A stretch of DNA of 63,975 nucleotides, counting the filler, from Lenisia limosa (Eukaryota > Protista > Breviatea): assembly GCA_001655205.1 (NCBI GenBank). It is 13 parts of 13 records of this genome, joined end to end, with 100 filler letters (N's around TTAATTAATTAA, not from the genome) between each part and the next. Parts side by side here need not be neighbours in the genome. Positions count along the whole stretch, not along the records: positions 35,824 to 39,634 come from LPNZ01009852.1; positions 39,735 to 43,764 come from LPNZ01003011.1; positions 43,865 to 50,016 come from LPNZ01002792.1; positions 50,117 to 56,490 come from LPNZ01008885.1; 9 more parts are not named here. The stretch is one strand, 5' to 3'. Of this stretch, positions 38,426 to 52,480 are shown piece by piece. The stretch's first letter is position 1; each line of letters opens with the position of its first letter. Position numbers and translations under genes: made by a program. Below the pieces are notes generated by a model that was not told the DNA's origin, made no database searches, and worked only from the letters and a program-made list of their open reading frames with translations.

Positions 38426-39734
38426 GATGATCTCACCTGAAATTCACTACATATCCAAAAACAAGCTCACAACAAACATAGCAATCATACCACAAATCGA
38501 GATCATTCAAATTGAAGAGCTCAATCAAGGCATCGGCCACCATTGAATGGCTTGAAGTCAATAGGTTCTCAGGTTCGTATACTTGGTGACCCTTACTCCT
38601 GCATTCCAGCTCAGACACAATGTAAAGGCTCGTACATCTAAAAGCGAATTAACATAGAGTGTGATACGGTCTGCATATGTACAGCATCAGAGAAAATGTT
38701 CAAATATGCGAGTAGAATATTTGACTGCTGATTGGTCTCCTTGAAAAAACCGGAGGAAACACACAGAAATGTACCAGCTCTTCAAAAAAAACATACTTCA
38801 GTTGATTTACACTTCACACCTGTAACACGCTGGTGCGGTGCAGCTAACAGCTTCGGACAATACGGTTATTTGATGTGATGGTGAAGGGAAAGCCAAGTTT
38901 GGGGATAGGATTACACTCTCAGTTGTCGCTATCAGGGGAAAGGTGGTAGCTTGCAACAACGCTTTGCGGGTTTGAAGCGTATATGTAGACGAATGCAGAG
39001 TCAATTTTAGCAATTCCCAAAGAAAATCGGACAAGACTTATCCCAATCACTGACGCCAGCACTTTCTACCACAAAACAATATCACTATCGTGGCAAAGAT
39101 GATAGTTCCAAAGATGATTCGGACTTTTAAGCATTTCAAGACGAACTTCGTCAGAACTCGAGCCATGCGTTGCTTCGGCCTATTGAAGTTTGACTACAAC
39201 AATAAAGGGGAAGAAATAAAAGTACCGAAACTATTCGAAATATATTCTCTCGCATAAAATTTGAGCAGCTGCATACTCACAAACTATGTATAAAAAGGAT
39301 CAGTTCGAATCTCACGAGTAGAATATTTGACTGCTGATTGGTCTCCTTGAAAAAAGGAGAGAAAACACATAGATAAGCATCATCTGTAGCAAACGACTTC
39401 AAGCGCTTTCACTTGTTTGTGATGACAATTATGAGATAAAACGCTTGTAGCAAGCCAATTGGATTTGTGGGTTGTAGAAATGGTTTCAATAAAAGTCAAC
39501 GTAAGCCAACCCAAGATCATTCCACCACCAGGACCTTCCTTGTGGGATTCCATTTATTCATTGTAGTATTTTGAGTATTTCCGCTTTTTTTCTTTTGTTT
39601 TTAATCAGCCGATTCCCATTTTCACAAATACCCCNNNNNNNNNNNNNNNNNNNNNNNNNNNNNNNNNNNNNNNNNNNNTTAATTAATTAANNNNNNNNNN
39701 NNNNNNNNNNNNNNNNNNNNNNNNNNNNNNNNNN

Positions 39735-42700
39735 AGGTCCTTCGGCTTCACAGTTCGCTCTCTCAGAGTCTCTCGAAATACTGCACGTTTATTGTGGACC
39801 GCTGGACGTCTGAGGTTATCAATGCCCCAATTGTAGGCGTTTTTTGATGGGACAATGAAGGGACAGTGATGGGACCAGATGTTGCTATTCAGACCCTTAT
39901 CACAACACAGTTGATTTTGGACTTCTTTTTTTTTTCAGAAATTTTCCAATTTTTATACTGGAGTGATGGATGCGGTGCTNNNNNNNNNNNNNNNNNNNNN
40001 NNNNNNNNNNNNNNNNNNNNNNNNNNNNNNNNNNNNNNNNNNNNNNNNNNNNNNNNNNNNNNNNNNNNNNNNNNNNNNNNNNNNNNNNNNNNNNNNNNNN
40101 NNNNNNNNNNNNNNNNNNNNNNNNNNNNNNNNNNNNNNNNNNNNNNNNNNNNNNNNNNNNNNNNNNNNNNNNNNNNNNNNNNNNNNNNNNNNNNNNNNNN
40201 NTGGACGTCAATAGCGACCCCAATCTCGTGGCCATTATCCGGTCGGGGGTTTGGAGGAAGGGGAAAGGACCAATGTTCAGGGTAACGCTATACCTCTATC
40301 AGTATCATTATTAATGTGATGGTGTTGACGGCTTCGGCTTGATGCAGACTTTCTGCTTGGCTGAATTTGAGACTTCACAACACCCTAACCCCACAGGGAG
40401 GCAAAGTACCTCATGCAGCTGGACGTCAACTTACCACCAATTGTTATGGAACTCTATCGCAGAGGCCCGTCTCTCAGAGTGCAAACCGAAAGCTTAGGTA
40501 TGAATGGTTATGACGGCGTTTGGATTGCTTCTTTTGAAATCTAGCTATTATTTTACCAGAAAGCTGTGGGTAAATGCTTGGGTGAATTAATATTATACTA
40601 TAATTCAATATCTCTTATGAGCGTGATTGTGTGGACGGCTTCGACAAGATGCAACCTTGTTTTTTATTTCTCATTGCTATTATTATTATCTTGTCACATC
40701 CAAGTCTCCTTTCTCACCCCCCCCCCCAGAAATGATTGTGCGGCGCTACAATGACGTAATTTCATCTCTGACTGACGTGGAGAGACCCCTCATTGAAACT
40801 CGGCTCGCGAGGCTGCATCAGATTCTGGATCAAGCGTTGGGGGGGTATCTTGGGTTCACCATGGGTCAAGTCCCTTTGATTGGGGTGCCAGTCCAGAAAC
40901 TGGGTTGGATAAACCACAAATAGAACCAAAACCGAGCGTAACCTGCGTGTGGTAGTTGTTTTGGAAGCAAGAGAGCAAATATTCTATAATCGTACTGACC
41001 AAAATCTTTTTTAAATTCTAGTTTAAAAGTAGTTAAACGATGACATCGCCGAAACTTTTAGTTTGGATATCCGTGACAATTTTCTGAATTGGCACCCTGC
41101 TTCAAGATGTTTTGTATGTCCAGCTCCTGATATTTTAGGTGCCAGTCTTTGAATTGGAAATCCTACGGTGTGCACGAGTTCATTTCTAAGGCCTCGGCTG
41201 CGGTGAAGGTATGCCGGGCGGTTGTACTCATATCTACTGTCTAAGGTTTTCAGAAACAAAACATAAAGAGCCACGCTCACACCTTAGGACGTAGCCAGCA
41301 TCCTTGCCACAATGAAGAAACACCTCAATGCCGTGCATACAACTGTTCAGGCTTGGGCAGAGGTGAGGGGGGTAATAGTTCCGCTAACAATTGTCGCTTT
41401 CGTTAGTATAGAACTACCGACCGTAACAAATTAGCCTCTTTTCATTCGCGACAACGTGACGCTCAGTCCACATGAGATCACTGAAAACCACAACTTGAGA
41501 ATGGAAGGGTGAGCAAAGGATTCTATCCCTTCAAAACTGAATATTTATTTTCCGTGTGTCTTACGAAAAGACAGAACTGACTGATATCTACGCGTTACTG
41601 TTATCAATCTGCCGACTGTTATTTCCATGTTCTCTCTTCACTTTACTATTCAGGCGCAGCACTGAGGTGAAAGAAGGTTCTGTTGAGGTGCAGAGGCTCA
41701 TCACAAAGACAAGTAAAATGCTCAGGGTAGGGTGGCTGCTTTGTTGTTAGATATTGAAGCATATTATATCCACACTATCGGTCCCGATCAGTTCAGTTCA
41801 TTTACCGCAGGTGTCACGTGGAGCTCCGGCGTGGCTTGCATATGTTGACCACGTTTCCAACATCGTGTCAGTCGGCCTATTGAAGGCGGTCGTGAAGAGC
41901 ATGACTGTGGGGGGTAATGGAGCATGACTGTGGAGGTGTTGACAAATTCCTGTTATGGTAGTGCTGTTATTTTCATCTTTCCTGACCGTTGCTGTGGAGG
42001 TGTGGGGATAATATCATTTCTCACAATCAAGGCCTTATTGAACTCTATCGACGAGAGAGCAGTGGGTGTGCCTCTTCTTGAAATCAAGGTGGGCGTTCCA
42101 TTGTCTGGCTTAATGGAAAATTGTTACTAATTTGTCATAATAACCCTCTCATTTTTAGCTGGAGTTGGTGGTTCCTGACATTGTGTTTGCCCCCGATTTT
42201 GATGCTGGCACTGACCAAGATTCCCTCAAGGGTGAGAGGGGGATAGTTTGTAGTATTTTTTCACAACACATAAACACTCAGTGTTAATCCTGTATGTCTA
42301 ACACAATAGGTATCATTGAGAACTTAATTGTGGACATGATCGGAATCGGCAAGCTAGTCTCTCGACTGGATCGCCCAACAGAGGTATGGGGGAATAGATA
42401 CTCAAGCATTGCATCCCACTGTCAAGCAGTGTTTACTGAGATGGTTAGCCTCACATTCCAGGATTACCACAACTTCCTCAAAACGCACCCGGATGTCATT
42501 GCACTGAGAGAGAAGATCGCGAACACGCTTGAAACCACCAGACTTGCAGCAGTCAGCCACAGGGAAATGTACAACAAGTTTGTTCACCTCTGGTCACGTG
42601 ACGTTCCAAAGTCACTTCAGGTATAGGAGGGCTTGGCTATGTGTTTGGAGTGTTTTTTACGATTAGGGCAAGATTAAACGTTAACTCAATGTGTTGAATG

Positions 42701-43764
42701 AGTTTTATTTTAGTTCCTTTTTCTTTTCTATTGTTCACCCCACAGCTGTTCCTGCACCCGATTAACGATGACGATACCCCGGCACCCGGACCCTCTCTCA
42801 GCGATTTTGAAGTACAGATCGCGCATTATCGCAAGGTGGGGTACTGTGGGATCACCAGGAATGTACACGTCTGTCTATTATTCTTTATCGTATCATATGT
42901 AAGGCGATTTTTTATTTATCATTTCCCACGCTGCGTCTCATTGTACAGGTGCAAGACGAGGTGTCCGCCTTGCCTCCTACCACCACCATCAGATGGCTGC
43001 GGGTTGACTCTAAGCCCCTCAAACAGGCACTCAACACCTGGGCCACGAAATGGGTGTTCTCGTTCACGTCTTATCTGCTTTGTCGAGGTATGTTGCCTCT
43101 CCAAAATTGAGTCATTTTCAATCTTCATCCCTTCATGATTCCTCCTTTGCAACATTTGCCCCGTAACCCGACAGTGGACACACAGCTCTCAAGACTCCGG
43201 ACGTTCCTGAAGGACTCGTCAGAGGTCCTAGGTGCTCCCATCGACAAGGACAGCCCAAAGACTTTGCTGCTCACCATGGGTGGGAATGTGCTTGTGGTGA
43301 ACGCTTTTCTTCAGAACATGATGGAGTTGACGGCTATGGCCGAATGGCATATCTTCATCTTAGGACTAAGGGGTCGTAAAATCTCTCAATTATAAATGAG
43401 GGGGTGTGCTCATGGTTTTAGGATGGGTGAGAGAGGTGCGGCAACGAACCAGTGAAGTGGACGAGTCATTTGGCCCGCTGAGACAAACGTGTCAGTTGCT
43501 AAATAAGGTAAGTGGCTTTGTTCAATGCATGCTATATATACGCCTAAGTAATTTACTTTCACTACAACATCCTATCACCTTGGCCCGGGCTTTGTTAGTT
43601 GTTCTCAACCCTCGTGTGTTTTCAGCCAACAGAGTTTATTTGGGCTTTATTGTTTCATCATGTTCCAATGACCCCCTTAGGTTGCCATTGCAGTGCCCGA
43701 GGAAGATTTGAAGTTTCTGGAGTCGTCCCCACGTCTGTGGACCAATGTCCAGCGACTGGCGATG
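39735..43764 (+). CDS. Axonemal dynein heavy chain, N-terminal tail region, outer-arm (DNAH9/11/17-like) type; partial at both ends
   Basis: Exons REAKYLMQL, YNDVISSLTDVERPLIETRL, WLAYVDHVSNIVSVGLLKAVVKSM, WLRVDSKPLKQALNTWATKW and EVDESFGPLRQTCQLL. Confidence 0.9.
40573..40678 (+). repeat. Dispersed intronic repeat family C (best copy; about 12 copies in the window)
   Basis: Consensus TTGGGTGAATTAATATTATACTATAATCCAATATCTCTTATAAGCGTGATGGTGTGGACGGCTTCGGCCAGATACAACCTTGTTTT. Copies at ~13036, 14069, 15941, 18549, 25501(rc), 32378, 33007, 35011, 40310, 40573, 47930 and 50775(rc). Confidence 0.9.
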
Positions 43765-45733
43765 NNNNNNNNNNNNNNNNNNNNNNNNNNNNNNNNNNNN
43801 NNNNNNNNTTAATTAATTAANNNNNNNNNNNNNNNNNNNNNNNNNNNNNNNNNNNNNNNNNNNNTTTGATTTTTTCCACTCTTGAGTAACCTAGAGACAT
43901 TTAAGTAGAGAATACGAGACAAATTGGGCAAAAAATGAGCGTAAATTACCCAAAAATGGGCGAAAATATGATAAAAGATGTTAATAAATCAAGCGAATTT
44001 GGCTATTACCTTTTGTGCCGCAGAACGGTAAATGGGTTATTGACGCAGAATATACTTTAATCAGACGTCTATTTCGTCCATTGGCTTTATTATAGAGACT
44101 AAACAAGGAAAATTCTTGAAAAAACCGTCACAAGAGTTGACTTAAATTCCTCAAAACCACTACATTTTCTCCAAAAATGGACTTCAGATTCAAATTCTCC
44201 TTAAAAATCTGCGTTTCAATAATGTTACACTTTAATAGGCTCAAAATGCTATTATTCTGAAAGAGGGGGGTTTCAAAAAATATTTTCGCGTAAAGGAAAC
44301 TGGGTGACCCCGGCCGGGTCGATTCTGATCAAAAGATCTTTTTTTTCGATTTTTTTATCTCCTCTTTTTTTTCTTCTTTTTGCTCATAATTTCTTTGTTT
44401 TGATGTTATTGATAGTCTAGTACTCAAAACTGCCGAATTTCACACTAAAAGGGTGTTATTGAAGCGATTTATGTCGATTTTTGGCTTGTTCGCGGTTTTA
44501 TCATGTTCGCGGTTTTAACCACCAACCTATATTATATATATCTTATAATATGTAAAGCGTCATGTTTATAAAGGAAAGCCTTTCGACCCCAAAACTACAT
44601 ATCAGTAATACTTATTATTCTTCCAAGTTCACCTTCTTATCATGGGTGTGGATGTGTTCATTTTCGTAAGTATTCCCCTTAATGGGGATGACTTCTCTGT
44701 ACTGCTCTTTGTTTTCTTTTCCCCAATTTTCCATTTCCTCACCTCTCAGCAACAACTATCCACGGCTGCTTTCATGCGTCATGCCTCTCAAATCCGCTGG
44801 TTCAGATATTTCTACTGCGTCTTTTCGAGGTTGAGGGGGGATCGATCCAAAAAGCGTGAAGGGAAATTTTCTTATTTTTTTCGAGTGTGTACATTCCATT
44901 GTTACAGTTGCAGGTATAAATGAGATTTGTTGTTTCTTGGGAAAGGGTCATTTATAAAATGATATTATAAAAGCACGAGTGTTTTATCCAATATTCACTC
45001 TTACCTTTCAGTTATATGACCTACTCTGTCATTGACAAGGAATTCTGAGTACTCTTCAAATGGCTGGTATATTTTGCTATCAATTCTTCTAAGTTATCAA
45101 GGGTGTCTTTTTTACAATTGTTGAACCGTGTCTAAGTTATGTTGTGAGGTTTCTTCTTTTTGAAATAATTGAGCCTGTGATTCCTGATTCTTGTTGGGTT
45201 GTTCCTCCTTCCAAGGTTGATTCCTTTTATTCTTATGTAATACACTGGACTTTTACAGTTAGAGAACACAGTTACCCCGGGTCGGGAATATAATAAAAAT
45301 CTAATGACAATCTTGTTGAACCGATAGAATATATTATATCTACTACCCCATGCACCGATGATACCTTCATCCCTTACTCCGTGCCACCCCACTGCAACAC
45401 GTAACCCCAGGCACACAGCAAACACACAACATCAGAACGGCAACCGAAGGTATCGGCACCCGACGGAATTGACGGAAACGGAATTTTAATTGCCTTATTT
45501 GGAAAGTCACTTTCCTCTTATTCACAGCGTAAATTTTGTACATACGCTTGGCTTATTCTCAATTACCATTCTACAATCAATTGCGCTTACCTCCTAGAAA
45601 TAATATCAGAACTACCAAAGGAAAGTCTTTGGGCTAATTAAATAAAAGACTAGAGGATAAACCGCCTTGATATTTATAACACTTGCCCGAAAAAAGCAAC
45701 TCATTTGGTGTTGTTCACGCACCTGTTGAGATA

Positions 45734-48700
45734 ATGGCAGATACTGCTGCTGCACCTCCACTTGAAGCCACCCCCGCCCCCGCTGAAACTACCCCCGCTA
45801 AACCTGCTGTAGAGGACATACCTATGTCCTCTACAGCAGGTTTAGCGGTCATAATTTGAAATTTTCTGAATGTACACCACACGGCGCAATGACTTGGAAT
45901 TCTTATGAAAAGATTTCATTTATAGGAATCCCATGTAATGGCAATCTGAAGAAATTTATGGGATTCAAGGACAACATGACAATCCAAAATCGATACGACG
46001 TAGAGTTAACTATCCAAAACACGTTTATTATAGCATATTAACATTGATTATTGCCGAAGACTATTTATTTTCGTTCTCGTCTATTTGTTTTTTTAAGTAA
46101 TTACACAACATCACTAAATGTAATTTCATAGGCACCCACCTCAAGAGATTTACAATTTCCTGGTTGACAAAGTAAGAAATAGGAATAAAGCGCAAATAAT
46201 AAAACTCATACCCACTAATGAAATGCTGATGTCGTCTGTTCCGAAAACATGACCGATTTTTGAACTTAAAGGGGAACCGTAATAGCACATCGATACACCC
46301 AGAGTTTTTTATAGTTTCATTGTGGGCACGATTGGATATATTTTAGTATTAAATTATGGGGAAACAATCATTATATCACTTGTATTTTGCCTCTGAAGTG
46401 TAAATTCAAAACATGATAATACATGAGTTGTGATGGAGAGGATGTTACATTTATTATTAATCACCATCTAGCCGCTTGATGGGCTGGCTTCTGATGATGT
46501 CCTTAAAAAGGGATTCTTGAAAGCTTTTAAAAGCGAAGAACTTATCAAGGAAGAAGCAACTGTAAGAAAATGACGTCTTGTTAATTTTGGATATACATAT
46601 TATATAATATAATTTATTATACACAGCAAGCAATGTTGATCGCAAGGTTACAAAGAGCTTCTTTAGATTTTTCTTCAATCTTAAACACACACCTGATATA
46701 TTTTTGCTATACTATGTTCTTATTGCTTTCAAGGCTCTCTTTCCGTTTGTCAGCGCCCTTCCAGATCATAAATTAACCAGACAGTGCCTTAAAGTTCTGA
46801 CAGGTTTTTGGGATTTGCTTTGAACATTTTGTAACATATTGCAGATGTACTCTAAAAATTAATACTCAAAATTGCTTTTATGTATTACTATATTGAAATG
46901 TAATATGGATTTGAGGATCATAATTTATAAAAGAGATTTGTTGGTGGAATAAAGATATTCGGCCGTTAGTTTTCCACTTATTCACAAGGGAGGGAATGCA
47001 ATGATCTTCTGCCCTCAAACCCAACACAGTCTCAACTCGCCATCTGCCAGCTTGCAATTCACATTCAAGATGTAGGACTGAGCATTCTGATTTGCATTAT
47101 TCTTAAAAAGCCAATAAATGTATAGGGGTCAAAACCGTCAAAGAGAGAAAGTGCTGAGAATAAATGTGGGTTTGACTTTGCAATTTCAACTGTTATTAGT
47201 ATCATTTTGAAATACTTCCAAACGATGTCCAAGTGATTATTCCTTACGTATCAGCACTCTTGATGTTAACGGCATTCTATCACGACATCAATGAGAGCTA
47301 CAGAGTTAATTATGGCGACTGTGTCAGCTCTTTCCATTGTAATGACTCCCAAATGAACCAGGTGTGATAAGTCCTATTGAGACGTTTTCACAAGCCAAAT
47401 GTCATATCAGAAATGAAATCAAGGATAAAATAATCAAGGATACAAGATATACATGTATGTATTGAAATAACACTTTTCTAAACATATAGTATACTCAATA
47501 TGCAATACTTTTACTTATATGAGACAAGAGGCGGTCAAGTATATATTTTGTTATAAAAACTTTAGTTGGCAGTCATTAATGGACTTGGTACACTCATCAG
47601 ATGCCTTCACGATGTGAGCTTTTGTCTATTTCATTTTGTCCACTTATGGCTACTATGATAATTTAGTTTTGATTGCTTAGAGGTCTCATTAAAACAATCA
47701 TTGGAAGATGTACAACTAACCGACTTTTAGCGGGTTCTGATTCCATTCAAGTCGTTTCATTTCCTGACAATCAACTTGAAGCGCCTCCAAACTGCCACAA
47801 TGAACCAACATGTGTTGGACAGGGAAAACCATTCTGAGGTAAGAGGGATTGTACAGATTATTATGTAACAAAATCCTACAATATTGCATGCTGGAGCGGC
47901 ACGCAGACATATGTGCTCAAAGATTGGATTATATTATAATTCAATATCTCGTAAAAGCGTGATGGTGTGGAGAGCTTCGCCGGATACAAACTTGCTTTGT
48001 ATTTATCATTGCTATGTATATATTTTTACAACGCAAGAAATCTAAAAATACCAACAATGATTGATATAGCAATTCAACAATTATTGTACTTCTAAAAAAA
48101 GTTAGTGGCGCATTTTTTCGCAATATGTAGAATTCGGTTGATTCTATGACTATTACAAACACCGATTACCTAACCTCAATAGCTTGGCAACATATTAGAC
48201 AGAAACATCACAACTATTGACACCCTCCTGAAACAACTGAATGAACGTACACCCGAGGCTATTTGCGAAATTAAAAAGGTTTGATTAAATATTATTAATA
48301 TTTGAAACTATATATCAATTTCACAATTTAGACACTGTTAGTCAGAGACCTAATGGCACATTTACATCAAATCCAAAAGGATAAACTTGAAATGTGAGAT
48401 ATGAGTTGAACATGCCCTGTCTGCCTTCTGTCAAACACTTGTCTTTAAGAAAATGAGGGGGGGGGGCGGAAATCATATCATATACATTACATTCACTAAA
48501 TTTCACCAGTAGCAATATGTATACATGTAGGTATGATATCAAGATCTTCTCTCATCTAGAAACCCTTTATCAAATTGGGATCATTTGGTTATTAAGGCAT
48601 AAAATGGTCACGGATATCTTAACAAATTGTTTCAATTTTGTTATGATAATTCGCTAAAAACATATGATATGATGATGTCACATTTTTATAATCCCTTCAT

Positions 48701-50016
48701 TCATTCTGTGAAAATTGAATCAGATGTGTATTGCTTTTTGGTTTTAACATCGAAAAGGCCGGTTTTGAATTTATTTAGAATGTAGACTACCTTTTACTTA
48801 TGAATCAGGCCAGAAGGATTGCATAACAGAATTGTCGAAGTCACAAAAACCGTCAACCGCGACACTATTCGTGAATTTATCGAAATATTTAAGGACTTTG
48901 TACTTGAGGTCAGTTTTGAAGCACATGTATTATCCAGATATTCAAAAGGAGGATTCTATTATTTTGGTTGAAATAAACAATCAATGGGAACAGTATTGAA
49001 TAGATATAAGGTTACACTTGCTTTGTAAATTACTTACCGATAAGATACTAGCATGGAAGGTCACGAGAGAGTCATTGAAGACCATGTTGCCAGACAGCGG
49101 TACCACAGTTTGTGGGGTACTGGAATTCTTAGTGATTTGTGTTCCATAATCGAAATAACAAGATGAATAAATAAATAATCCAAGTTTTCTTGATCCTTTG
49201 TATAATCATATATTATTAGAATACGATAATAATATATTTTATTTGCTCATGACATACCCTCTATCAAATATTATACATGTATGTACTAACTCTAATTTTT
49301 GACGATTTGACTATTATTCTGTGAAATACAACTGGACTACAATTACAAATTAATACTCAAATTAATGTATTGATTATTTTTCAAGAATCCGATGATTTGA
49401 ATTAATCTGACCAAGTTATTGCCGAGTACGACCACAGATTCACAGTTGACAATGGGGGTCAACCGTACGAATACAACCCCTACCTTGTCGGATCTGTAAA
49501 CAATGAATCAATCGCTGTATGCAAAGGGTGTTTTTGTAACTTTTGGCTCGATTTCCGTTTCAAAAAAGAGGGGTACAATGTGTCTACTGACTAAAAAAGA
49601 CTTGTTTGGATCCGAGAAAGCTACCTTATATGTTCCAGAAGTTACCAGCGTCAACAAACAAGGAGTATTCAAGGTTCTACACAAAAGGCATTTTGACAGA
49701 TTTGGTTTCGTATAACTATAACAATGAGGAGTATGTCAAGTTCCACAGGTCAAGGCGCGCAGTTAACATAGCTGAACTGGCTCAAATCAAAAACGAGTGG
49801 GTAAATTCGGAATAAATAAATTAATACTACATAACTTGGTTCTACTTGTGACTTGTGTAATTGTAATCTACAGCAACATCAAGACTAATGGCCAAATTCT
49901 ACCTTTTAACATTCAAATATTGGATATAAATATCATATGATACTGTATTATTATGTATAAGTCCCTCAGTCTGAGTGCGATCGCAAGTATGAGTGCGATC
50001 ACCAGTATGAGTGCGA
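45734..50016 (+). CDS. Large multi-exon gene of unknown function, 3' partial
   Basis: Starts MADTAAAPPLEATPAPAETTPAKPAVED. Later open exons include PLDGLASDDVLKKGFLKAF, ALFPFVSALPDHKLTRQCLKVL and VIAEYDHRFTVDNGGQPYEYNPYLVGS. Confidence 0.5.
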
Positions 50017-50116
50017 NNNNNNNNNNNNNNNNNNNNNNNNNNNNNNNNNNNNNNNNNNNNTTAATTAATTAANNNNNNNNNNNNNNNNNNNNNNNNNNNN
50101 NNNNNNNNNNNNNNNN

Positions 50117-52480
50117 GAAAGTGAAAACCCAAATGGTTTTATCTCTTTATTATTGAGGTACACATTGTTGATAAGCCCCAAGGCCCTTGAAATAGGGTAT
50201 GCATAAAAAAGCATAAAAAAATTGTTTCACTTGGAACCAGGCGTTGGGGTATAGATACCAACTGAACATATCTCTCATGAAAACCAACTATACATGCCCA
50301 GACCCACGATTCCAATTTCTTTGAGAACGACCGACGGCAAGGCAGCAACAAACACTCGAGGGTCTTCGGAGACCAGGTAGTCGTACGCCTTGCCCCTCAC
50401 TGACACCTCAACAAAATCTGTAATGTCAAGATGGCATGGCGGAAGAAAATACACATCAACCCTCCTTCCTTCACTAATACCGCCATCAATGATACGGAAA
50501 TAGCCCACTGCAATTGCGCTCATAATATTTATTTGACTGTGTACCCCCCTTTATCTCTAACAAGCTATCTAGATACCCGAAAATACCAAGATAACCACAT
50601 TACATATAAACCCTATATAACAACCACAGCAACACAGCATGACAACAGACCTTGAATGCAGGAGTCAACAATGACGGTATCATCCCCGGTAACGTCAGAC
50701 TATTCGGTCAATTATTTCACTGAGGAAATGGCAAATCTCAATGCTCATAAATGCCATGTAATATCATTATACTGAGTAGTATCTGGCCGAAGCCGTCCAC
50801 ATCATCACGCTTATAGAAGATTTGGATGATAGTATAATATTAATTCACCCAATCAATTGCCGCAAATCCACAGACCTTCTTCATGAAGAAGCGAATCGGC
50901 AGTGTTTGAGATGATATTCTGTTCCAAATGAATCGCTCCAGCTTTTCGGGCAGCAATCCTCCCCATCGTTTACCCTAGGTGGTAAACTCAATCGCTCAAT
51001 GGGAAATGAGATACGTCACAACAAGAGAGGAATTGGTACCGTATTAATTAGTCGCAACTGCGTCCAATGGATATCCCAAACAAAGACAGTCTGAGACTGT
51101 CGTGTCGTTTCCCCAAGTACTTGGTATTCAGCAGTGGGCAAGTTAGGGAGAGAGAATTCTGGTGCTGGAATGAAGGACGCTTCAGTTGCTTGGGGTCTGT
51201 GGGACCTTCTTTTGTCTTCAGCTGCATCCTTATCCTGTGGGGAGGTTCAGCCATTATTTGCGTTGATGGTATTACAAGAATCACAAACAAAATTTGATGT
51301 ATAAACAACTCCAAGCAAGTTAAAAGGAACTAATTTTCCTTGCTGGGACTGTCTTAATCTATTTCCAAAACTTGAGCAGATAGCACTCGACAAGTTAAAC
51401 CAGGATCCCTACCAACCTCAACCACCATTTGGCCAACTCGCTCGTCAACCTCGGTGGTCGACTTAAAGGGTCAAATACGGCATGGAATGCAATGGGCGAT
51501 GGGTGTGTGATTTTCATTATCGCCTTTCATTCTTCATGACAACATACATATTATGTGTGCGTGATTTTCATTATCTCTCCTTACATTCTTCATTTTTTTG
51601 TGACTTTCAGCTTCGTCTGTTTGATAAGGCCAAGTGTCGGNNNNNNNNNNNNNNNNNNNNNNNNNNNNNNNNNNNNNNNNNNNNNNNNNNNNNNNNNNNN
51701 NNNNNNNNNNNNNNNNNNNNNNNNNNNNNNNNNNNNNNNNNNNNNNNNNNNNNNNNNNNNNNNNNNNNNNNNNNNNNNNNNNNNNACACGTACAGAATAA
51801 TCTGAAAAGGGGAGGGGGGGTGAAATCTGATGTATACATAAAACCAATCCACCATCCCTTTCACATATGTAAAAATAACCTCCCATCACACCTGTACAGT
51901 AGCCTGCGGCCCATGCCAAAGTCCCCCGAAGCTCAGCTAACGTGCATCCTGTGGGATATGAAGAAGAATGCGATTGTGCTCCCCCTTCCCCGTAGATGCT
52001 GCATTTATCATCCCTATAAATCGCTACTCTTTATACTACCCAGCCCCCCAGAACATCTTGTCAATCAGAGTGGTAATCATAAGTAGCAAAAGGAAAATGA
52101 AAGAAATATTTGCTAGAAAGAAAATAGTTAGAGAATCAATATTGGAAAAATCTGTTCAGGAAAACAAGACCAATCTTTTGAAGGAAACAATGCGTGATTA
52201 CAAAAAACAACCAATAAAACACTTGTATACAGTTGTACTACTCAACCCATTAAAATAGACACCACTTTCCCCGGACTTAAGTTTCAGGTTGTCTGCTTAC
52301 CTTGATCAGTGAAGGGAGCCAATAGAGCAGGTACCATAGAAGGCCATTTTGAGACCGGAACTCCCGCCCAGAGCACCCATTCTGGAGGTAAGTGTTATGA
52401 AGGCGTCAGGGGGGTTGGCATACTGTTTGAGGTGTGGACGGAGAGGTCTTCCGGAGATTCCCAGGGCATATCGCCCGTGC
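50117..52480 (-). CDS. Multi-exon gene of unknown function, partial
   Basis: Exons CTLAELRGTLAWAAGYCT, QTVFVWDIHWTQLRLINT, GKRWGGLLPEKLERFIWNR and DFVEVSVRGKAYDYLVSEDPRVFV, with minus-strand GT-AG sites. Confidence 0.45.

Noticed and set aside
40573-40678. Family C repeat as a hammerhead ribozyme or introner
   Set aside because: It lacks the CUGANGA...GAAA core. It occupies variable internal positions in introns rather than spanning donor to acceptor.
44642-45050. Small spliced gene starting MGVDVFIF
   Set aside because: The splice sites look real, but every frame gives a short unrecognisable peptide, so no product could be supported.
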